Below are positions 15,815-21,931 of a DNA stretch of 24,000 bases, in pieces. Position numbers and translations under genes: made by a program. Below the pieces are notes generated by a model. The model worked only from the letters and a program-made list of their open reading frames with translations, searched no databases and was not told the origin of the DNA. How positions within the stretch are numbered: position 1 is the stretch's first letter; each line of letters starts with the position of its first letter. The DNA is from Hydrogenophilus thermoluteolus (GTDB lineage: Bacteria > Pseudomonadota > Gammaproteobacteria > Burkholderiales > Rhodocyclaceae). The stretch is taken from positions 959,478-983,477 of the forward strand of contig NZ_AP018558.1 of the NCBI RefSeq assembly GCF_003574215.1, written 5' to 3'.

Positions 15815-16906
15815 ATGGCGATCACACAAGAGGCTGTTCGAAAGGTCCTCGCGCAAACCCTCGACCCCAATCGCGGAAAAGATTACGTGACCACCGGTGC
15901 TGTTCGGCAAATCGCGGTCGACGGCGACGCCGTTTCGGTCCAGATCGCGCTCGATTACCCCGCAAAGAGTCAATGGGTAGCGATCCAGCAGCAGATCGAA
16001 ACCGCGCTTCGTGACGCGTTGCACCCTTCGGCGCTTTTTGTCGAAGTGACCAGCCAAATCGGCATCCACAAGGTGCCGCCCGGGTTACGGCCGCTGCCCG
16101 GTGTCGCGAACATCGTCGCGGTCGCGTCGGGTAAAGGGGGTGTGGGGAAGAGCACCACCGCGGTCAATCTCGCGCTCGCGTTGGCGGCAGAAGGGGCGAA
16201 GGTCGGGATTTTGGATGCCGACATCTATGGCCCCTCGATTCCGCAAATGCTCGGGCTTGGCCATCACAATCCGGTCTCGGAAGACGGGAAGAAGATGCAG
16301 CCGCTCACCGCGTATGGGATCGAAGCGATGTCGATCGGCTTCATGGTGGACGTCGAAACGCCGATGATTTGGCGCGGCCCGATGGCTTCGCAGGCGCTGG
16401 TGCAACTCCTCACCGAAACCGCGTGGCACGACTTGGACTACCTCATCGTCGATATGCCACCGGGAACGGGGGATATCCATCTCTCGCTCGCGCAGAAAGC
16501 GCCGCTCACCGGCGCGGTGATCGTCACGACCCCGCAGGAGATCGCGCTGTTGGACGCGCGCAAAGGGCTCAAGATGTTCGAAAAAGTCCAAGTCCCCGTT
16601 TTGGGGGTGATCGAAAACATGAGCCTGCATATCTGCTCGCACTGCGGTCACGTCGAACCGATCTTCGGCGAAGGGGGGGGCAAGAAGTTGTGCGCCGACT
16701 ACGGCGTGCCCTTTTTGGGGGCGTTGCCCTTGGATCGTCGCATCCGGGAAGAGACCGACGGCGGCAAGCCCACCGTGGTCGCCGAACCCGATGGCCCGAT
16801 CGCCGAAAAATATCGAGAAATCGCCCGGCAGGTGGCGATCGCGATCGCCGACCGCGGCAAAGATTTCACCCACAAAATGCCCACGATCGTGGTCAAGAAC
16901 GACTGA
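15815..16906 (+). CDS. apbC: Iron-sulfur cluster carrier ATPase ApbC/Mrp
   Basis: 363-aa ORF. It has an N-terminal DUF59/MIP18-like domain, the deviant Walker [19 protein letters not shown], a CSHCGH (CxxC) cluster-ligand motif and ENMS. AAGGAG at 15800-15805 lies 9 nt before the ATG. Confidence 0.9.
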   Translation: MAITQEAVRKVLAQTLDPNRGKDYVTTGAVRQIAVDGDAVSVQIALDYPAKSQWVAIQQQIETALRDALHPSALFVEVTSQIGIHKVPPGLRPLPGVANIVAVASGKGGVGKSTTAVNLALALAAEGAKVGILDADIYGPSIPQMLGLGHHNPVSEDGKKMQPLTAYGIEAMSIGFMVDVETPMIWRGPMASQALVQLLTETAWHDLDYLIVDMPPGTGDIHLSLAQKAPLTGAVIVTTPQEIALLDARKGLKMFEKVQVPVLGVIENMSLHICSHCGHVEPIFGEGGGKKLCADYGVPFLGALPLDRRIREETDGGKPTVVAEPDGPIAEKYREIARQVAIAIADRGKDFTHKMPTIVVKND

Positions 16907-16914
16907 ACGCAACG

Positions 16915-17481
16915 ATGAGCATCAAATCGGACCGCTGGATACGCCGCATGGCAGAAGCGTATGGGATGATCGAACCGTTCGAACCCGAACTCGTGCGGCA
17001 AGTCGACGGCGCGCGCGTCGTCTCGTTCGGCACCTCGAGCTACGGCTACGACGTGCGCTGCGCCAACGAATTCAAAATCTTCACCAACATCAATTCGACG
17101 ATCGTCGACCCCAAGAATTTCGATGAACGCAGTTTCGTCGACTTCGTCGGTGACGTCTGCATCATCCCGCCCAACTCGTTTGCGTTGGCGCGCACCGTCG
17201 AATACTTTCGCATTCCGCGCAACGTACTCACGGTCTGCCTTGGGAAGAGCACCTACGCGCGCTGCGGCATCATCGTCAACGTCACACCGCTTGAACCGGA
17301 GTGGGAAGGGCATGTGACGCTCGAATTCTCCAACACCACGCCGCTGCCAGCCAAGATTTATGCCAACGAGGGTGTGGCGCAGATGCTCTTCTTCGAATCG
17401 GACGAGGTGTGTGAAACGAGCTACCGCGACCGGGGCGGTAAGTATTTGGGGCAACGCGGCGTGACCCTGCCGCGCATGTGA
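16915..17481 (+). CDS. dcd: dCTP deaminase
   Basis: 188 aa, from the ATG at 16915 inside track ORF 16369..17481. The sequence [14 protein letters not shown]...SSYGYDVR...[31 protein letters not shown]...GVAQMLFF is a near-canonical Dcd. Confidence 0.95.
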   Translation: MSIKSDRWIRRMAEAYGMIEPFEPELVRQVDGARVVSFGTSSYGYDVRCANEFKIFTNINSTIVDPKNFDERSFVDFVGDVCIIPPNSFALARTVEYFRIPRNVLTVCLGKSTYARCGIIVNVTPLEPEWEGHVTLEFSNTTPLPAKIYANEGVAQMLFFESDEVCETSYRDRGGKYLGQRGVTLPRM

Positions 17482-17506
17482 AGCGACAACGACAAAGGGC
17501 GACGCG

Positions 17507-19741
17507 ATGCGTTTTCATTTTCCGATCGTCATCATCGACGAGGATTTCCGTTCGGAAAACGCCTCCGGCTTGGGGATTCGAGCGCTCGCGCAGGCGATCG
17601 AAGCCGAAGGAATGGAGGTGCTGGGGGTGACGAGTTACGGCGACCTCACCTCGTTTGCCCAGCAACAGAGCCGGGCGTCGGCGTTCATCGTCTCGATCGA
17701 CGACGAGCAGCTGCAAGACCCGCTGCAGGCGGCTGAGGTGATCGAACAGATTCGCAATTTCGTCGCCGAGATCCGTTTTCGTAACGCCGACATTCCGATC
17801 TTCCTCTACGGGGAGACCCGCACCAGCCGCCACATCCCCAACGACGTGTTGCGCGAACTCCACGGCTTCATCCATATGTTCGAGGATACCCCGGAATTCA
17901 TCGCGCGATACGTGGTGCGCGAGGCGCGCAACTACCTCGACAGCCTCGCTCCCCCCTTCTTTCGGGCGCTTACCCATTACGCTGCCGATGGATCCTACTC
18001 ATGGCACTGCCCGGGGCATTCGGGTGGGGTGGCATTCCTCAAAAGCCCCGTCGGTCAGATGTTCCACCAGTTCTTCGGCGAAAATCTCCTGCGCGCCGAC
18101 GTCTGCAACGCCGTAGAAGAGCTGGGGCAGTTGCTCGATCACACCGGGCCCGTTGCGGCGAGCGAACGCAACGCCGCGCGCATTTTCCACTGTGACCATC
18201 TGTTTTTCGTCACCAACGGAACCAGCACCTCGAACAAGATGGTCTGGCACTACACCGTTGCGCCGAACGATATCGTCGTGGTCGATCGCAACTGCCACAA
18301 ATCGGTGCTGCACGCGATCATCATGACCGGCGCGATTCCGGTCTTTCTCACCCCGACGCGCAACCACTACGGGATCATCGGCCCGATCCCGGAACGCGAA
18401 TTCGCGCCAGAAGCGATCCAGGCGAAGATCGACGCACACCCGTTCGCCCAACTGGCAAACGACCGACAACCCCGCATCCTCACGCTGACGCAATCGACCT
18501 ACGACGGCATCCTCTACAACGTCGAACGGATCAAAGCAGAGCTCGACGGCTACATTCCGACGCTGCATTTCGACGAAGCGTGGCTACCGCACGCCGCTTT
18601 TCACGACTTTTACGGCGACTACCATGCAATTGGCGCAGACCGCCCGCGCTGCGAAACTTCGCTTATCTTCTCCACCCAATCGACCCACAAACTGCTTGCG
18701 GGGCTGTCGCAGGCGTCGCAAATCCTGGTTCAAGAGGCGAAACAGGGTGGGTTTGACCGGGACCTCTTCAACGAAGCGTACTTGATGCATACCTCGACCT
18801 CGCCGCAATACGCGATCATCGCCAGTTGCGACGTTGCCGCGGCGATGATGGAACCGCCTGGGGGTACCGCGCTCGTCGAAGAATCCTTGATGGAAGCCGC
18901 CGAATTCCGCCGTGCGATGCGCGAAGTGGCGCGCGACTATCCCGATTGGTGGTTCCGCGTCTGGGGGCCGGATCGGCTCGCGGAAGAGGGGATCGGTTCG
19001 CCCGAAGACTGGATGCTGAGACCGAACGAACGGTGGCACGGTTTTGGCGAAATCAGCGAAGGGTTCAACATGTTGGACCCGATCAAAGCGACGATCATCA
19101 CCCCAGGGCTCGACGTCGATGGCGATTTCCACGACTGGGGTATCCCGGCCGGGGTCGTGACCCGCTACCTTGCGGAACACGGCATCGTCGTCGAAAAAAC
19201 TGGGCTTTACTCGTTCTTCATCATGTTCACCATCGGCATCACCAAAGGGCGGTGGAACACGATGGTGACCGAATTGCAGCAGTTCAAGGACGATTTCGAC
19301 CGCAACCAACCTCTGTGGCGGGTGATGCCGGAGTTCATCGCGAAGCACCCGAGATACGAAAAATGGGGGCTACGCGACCTGTGTCAGCGCATTCACGCGT
19401 TTTACAAAGCACACGACGTGGCGCGCCTTACCACGCAGATGTACCTTTCGGAGATGGAACCGGCGCTGCGCCCTGCGGACGCCTGGGCCAAACTGGCGCA
19501 TCGCGAAATCGACCGCGTCCCCATCGACGCGCTCGAAGGGCGGATCACCGCGATGCTCGTCACCCCGTACCCACCGGGAATCCCGCTTTTGATTCCGGGC
19601 GAGCGCTTCAACGCAACGATCGTCCACTACCTGCAGTTTGCCCGCGCGTTCAACCGGGCGTTCCCGGGGTTCGAGACCGACGTGCACGGCCTCGTCAAAG
19701 GCGAGGATGGGGAATACTACGTCGATTGCGTGCGCGATTGA
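17507..19741 (+). CDS. Orn/Lys/Arg decarboxylase, large PLP-dependent type (LdcA/AdiA/SpeC fold; closest in pattern to Pseudomonas LdcA-type lysine decarboxylase)
   Basis: 744-aa ORF. It has an N-terminal receiver-like wing domain, the PLP lysine motif STQSTHKLLAG, and the blocks DRNCHKSVLHAIIMTGAIPVFL, LYSFFIMFTIGITKG, PYPPGIPLLIPGERF and FPGFETDVHGL. Substrate cannot be assigned from sequence by eye. Confidence 0.85.
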   Translation: MRFHFPIVIIDEDFRSENASGLGIRALAQAIEAEGMEVLGVTSYGDLTSFAQQQSRASAFIVSIDDEQLQDPLQAAEVIEQIRNFVAEIRFRNADIPIFLYGETRTSRHIPNDVLRELHGFIHMFEDTPEFIARYVVREARNYLDSLAPPFFRALTHYAADGSYSWHCPGHSGGVAFLKSPVGQMFHQFFGENLLRADVCNAVEELGQLLDHTGPVAASERNAARIFHCDHLFFVTNGTSTSNKMVWHYTVAPNDIVVVDRNCHKSVLHAIIMTGAIPVFLTPTRNHYGIIGPIPEREFAPEAIQAKIDAHPFAQLANDRQPRILTLTQSTYDGILYNVERIKAELDGYIPTLHFDEAWLPHAAFHDFYGDYHAIGADRPRCETSLIFSTQSTHKLLAGLSQASQILVQEAKQGGFDRDLFNEAYLMHTSTSPQYAIIASCDVAAAMMEPPGGTALVEESLMEAAEFRRAMREVARDYPDWWFRVWGPDRLAEEGIGSPEDWMLRPNERWHGFGEISEGFNMLDPIKATIITPGLDVDGDFHDWGIPAGVVTRYLAEHGIVVEKTGLYSFFIMFTIGITKGRWNTMVTELQQFKDDFDRNQPLWRVMPEFIAKHPRYEKWGLRDLCQRIHAFYKAHDVARLTTQMYLSEMEPALRPADAWAKLAHREIDRVPIDALEGRITAMLVTPYPPGIPLLIPGERFNATIVHYLQFARAFNRAFPGFETDVHGLVKGEDGEYYVDCVRD

Positions 19742-20271
19742 ACGCGGCGGTAGGTGACGAACGCAAACGGATAGGGGTGGTTCGCGTCCGCCGGGTGTCG
19801 CGTGCGTGCAACTTCGACGAATTCCGTTTTGGGCCAAGGCGGAAAGAACGCGTCGGCAGAGACTTCGGCGTCGACCTCGGTGAGCTCCAAGCGGTCCGCA
19901 AAGGGAAGTGCCGCGGCGTAGAGCTGCGCGCCGCCGATCACGAACACGGTGGGCGCCTTCGCCAATGCCGCCAATGCCGCCTCGAGCGTTGGAAAGCATA
20001 GCACCCCAGAGGGAAGCGTCGATTCCGGTTCTCTTTCGGTGGGCGCGGCGTCCGTTTGCGATCGCGCAAGCGTTCGACTCACCACCACATTGGTGCGCCC
20101 CGGCAGCGGCCTCCCAAGAGAGTGCCACGTGTTGCGCCCCATCACCACCGGCGCCCCCAGCGTGAGCTGCTTGAAGCGTTTGAGGTCGTCCGGCAGATGC
20201 CACGGAAGCGCATTGCGGTACCCCAGTTCCCCATTTCGCCCCATTGCGGCGATGATCACGATTTCGCTCAT
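19717..20271 (-). CDS. folA: Dihydrofolate reductase
   Basis: 184 aa, from the ATG at 20269-20271 inside track ORF 19717..20772. The motifs [49 protein letters not shown] and VIGGAQLY are canonical DHFR. The start overlaps the thyA stop (ATGA). Confidence 0.9.
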   Translation of the reverse strand: MSEIVIIAAMGRNGELGYRNALPWHLPDDLKRFKQLTLGAPVVMGRNTWHSLGRPLPGRTNVVVSRTLARSQTDAAPTEREPESTLPSGVLCFPTLEAALAALAKAPTVFVIGGAQLYAAALPFADRLELTEVDAEVSADAFFPPWPKTEFVEVARTRHPADANHPYPFAFVTYRRVQSRTQST

Positions 20272-21068
20272 ACCGCCACCGGCGCCGGAATATGGGGATG
20301 GGGGTCGTACCCCTCCAGGGTGAAGTGCTCGTAGCGAAAATCCTCGAGCCGTGTGACCGTCGGGTCGAGCCGCATCCGCGGCAACGGGCGTGGCGTGCGG
20401 GTGAGCTGCAGACGCGCTTGTTCGATGTGGTTGCGGTACAAGTGGCAATCGCCGCCCGTCCAGATGAACTCGTGCGCGGTGTAGCCGCAAACCTGCGCCA
20501 CCATCATCGTCAGGAGTGCATAGGAGGCAATGTTGAACGGAACCCCCAAAAAGACGTCGGCGCTGCGCTGATAGAGTTGGCACGAAAGCCGCCCATTCGC
20601 GACGTAAAACTGAAAAAGTGCGTGACAGGGCGGAAGCGCCATCTTGTCGACATCGGCGGGGTTCCACGCCACGACCAGGTGGCGTCGCGAGTCTGGATTG
20701 TTCTTGAGCGATTCCACCACCTGCGCGATCTGGTCGATCACCCGCCCGTCTGGTGCCTCCCAGCGCCGCCACTGTTTGCCGTAGATCGGCCCCAAGTCAC
20801 CATTTGCGTCGGCCCATTCGTCCCAGATCGTCACCTTGTTTTCATGAAGGTAGCGAATGTTGGTGTCGCCGCGCAAAAACCAGAGCAGCTCATGAATGAT
20901 CGAGCGCACATGGAGCTTTTTCGTGGTGAGGAGCGGAAAGGTCTCCCCGCCGTTGAGTGGAAACCGCATCTGATAGCCGAAGACCGACAGCGTGCCGACG
21001 CCGGTGCGGTCGCGTTTTTCCACGCCGTAGGTGAGGATGTGGTCGAGAAGCGCCAGATAGGTCTGCAT
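20268..21068 (-). CDS. thyA: Thymidylate synthase (ThyA type)
   Basis: 266 aa, from the ATG at 21066-21068 inside track ORF 20268..21143. The sequence [31 protein letters not shown]...[12 protein letters not shown]...DAHLY-like GGDCHLY...PAPVAV is canonical ThyA with the active-site Cys in PPCH. Confidence 0.95.
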   Translation of the reverse strand: MQTYLALLDHILTYGVEKRDRTGVGTLSVFGYQMRFPLNGGETFPLLTTKKLHVRSIIHELLWFLRGDTNIRYLHENKVTIWDEWADANGDLGPIYGKQWRRWEAPDGRVIDQIAQVVESLKNNPDSRRHLVVAWNPADVDKMALPPCHALFQFYVANGRLSCQLYQRSADVFLGVPFNIASYALLTMMVAQVCGYTAHEFIWTGGDCHLYRNHIEQARLQLTRTPRPLPRMRLDPTVTRLEDFRYEHFTLEGYDPHPHIPAPVAV

Positions 21069-21160
21069 ACAAAAACTCGCCGGTTTTTTGATCCAGGTCA
21101 AAGAAGCCCGTGAATAACTATGGTAATGTGAAAAATACCACACGTGCCATGGGGTGGCGT

Positions 21161-21931
21161 ATGCGCAATCTAGAACTATACCGCGATTCGAACCACCTGT
21201 GCGTGCTTTTGCACGAAACCGAAGGGAATGAAGAGGAAGGCATTCACTCGAATCAGTATCTCATTTTGCACCGGGAGGAGGGGGTATTGCTCGACCCCGG
21301 CGGTTTCGGCGTGATGCCCGACGTGCTCGAAGCGATGCTCGACTACTGCACGCCGGAGCAGATCAAGGCGATCATCCTTTCGCACCAGGACCCGGACATC
21401 GTCGGCGGGTTAGCTTCCTGGCTCGAGATCACACAAGCTCAGGTGTGGATTTCGCGTTTGTGGACCCGCTTCATTCCCCATTATGGTCTCCCACCCAAGG
21501 CGGTCGAGCGCCTTATCGCGATTCCCGACGAAGGGGCACGCTTCACCTGGAACGACGGTACGGAACTGGAGCTCCTGCCGGCTCATTTCCTCCATTCCGA
21601 AGGCAATTTCCACGTCTATGACCCCACCAGCCAGATCCTCTTTTCAGGCGACCTCGGTGCAGCGGAGATGAGCAGTGCGGCACTCAGCCCATTTGTCGAT
21701 GACTTCCCCGCTCACGTTTGCCAAATTGCCGGATTTCACCGTCGCTACATGGTGAGTCACCGTGCGGTTGCCGTATGGCGCGCGACCCTGGGGGATCGAC
21801 CGCTCTCGATGATCGCCCCGCAGCACGGAGCGATCTACCGTGGTCGTGCGATCACTGATTTCCTTGCCTGGATCGACGAACTGCCTTGCGGCGTCGATTG
21901 CCTACAGCCAGGCGGGAGATTCCTTCCGTGA
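21161..21931 (+). CDS. Stand-alone metallo-beta-lactamase-fold protein of the flavodiiron-core / oxygen-binding diiron protein (ODP) type, with no flavodoxin domain
   Basis: Track ORF 21110..21931. The 21110 start is a GTG in an AT-rich intergenic stretch. I prefer the ATG at 21161 (GGGG 6 nt upstream). The ATG at 21149 is an alternative. The blocks [38 protein letters not shown] and IAPQHGAIY line up with the metal-ligand blocks of flavodiiron protein cores. Confidence 0.7.
   Translation: MRNLELYRDSNHLCVLLHETEGNEEEGIHSNQYLILHREEGVLLDPGGFGVMPDVLEAMLDYCTPEQIKAIILSHQDPDIVGGLASWLEITQAQVWISRLWTRFIPHYGLPPKAVERLIAIPDEGARFTWNDGTELELLPAHFLHSEGNFHVYDPTSQILFSGDLGAAEMSSAALSPFVDDFPAHVCQIAGFHRRYMVSHRAVAVWRATLGDRPLSMIAPQHGAIYRGRAITDFLAWIDELPCGVDCLQPGGRFLP
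21914..21918 (+). promoter_or_regulatory. Shine-Dalgarno (GGGAG) for the GGDEF-EAL gene, embedded in the 3' end of the diiron-protein gene
   Basis: GGGAG lies 9 nt upstream of the GTG at 21928. The only other in-frame start candidates after the upstream stop (21856-21858) are TTG at 21886 and 21898. Confidence 0.4.

Noticed and set aside
16835-16848. Apparent over-representation of the palindrome GCGATCGC, identical to the cyanobacterial HIP1 element. By eye there are at least ten copies, for example near 388, 467, 5803, 8171, 9161, 9737, 11485, 20055, and a tandem pair at 16835-16848.
   Set aside because: Every copy I checked reads as Ala-Ile-Ala (GCG ATC GCN) in the coding frame of a real gene, on whichever strand that gene lies. 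Preferred codons for a common tripeptide explain it without invoking a repeat element. A genome-wide observed/expected count with codon-shuffled controls would settle it.
21071-21088. The AAAAAC-tcgccg-GTTTTT inverted repeat directly upstream of the thyA start. I considered it as a terminator or attenuator.
   Set aside because: The stem is only 6 bp and almost entirely A:T. It lies between divergent start codons, where no terminator is expected. At most it is part of the thyA 5' UTR or promoter.
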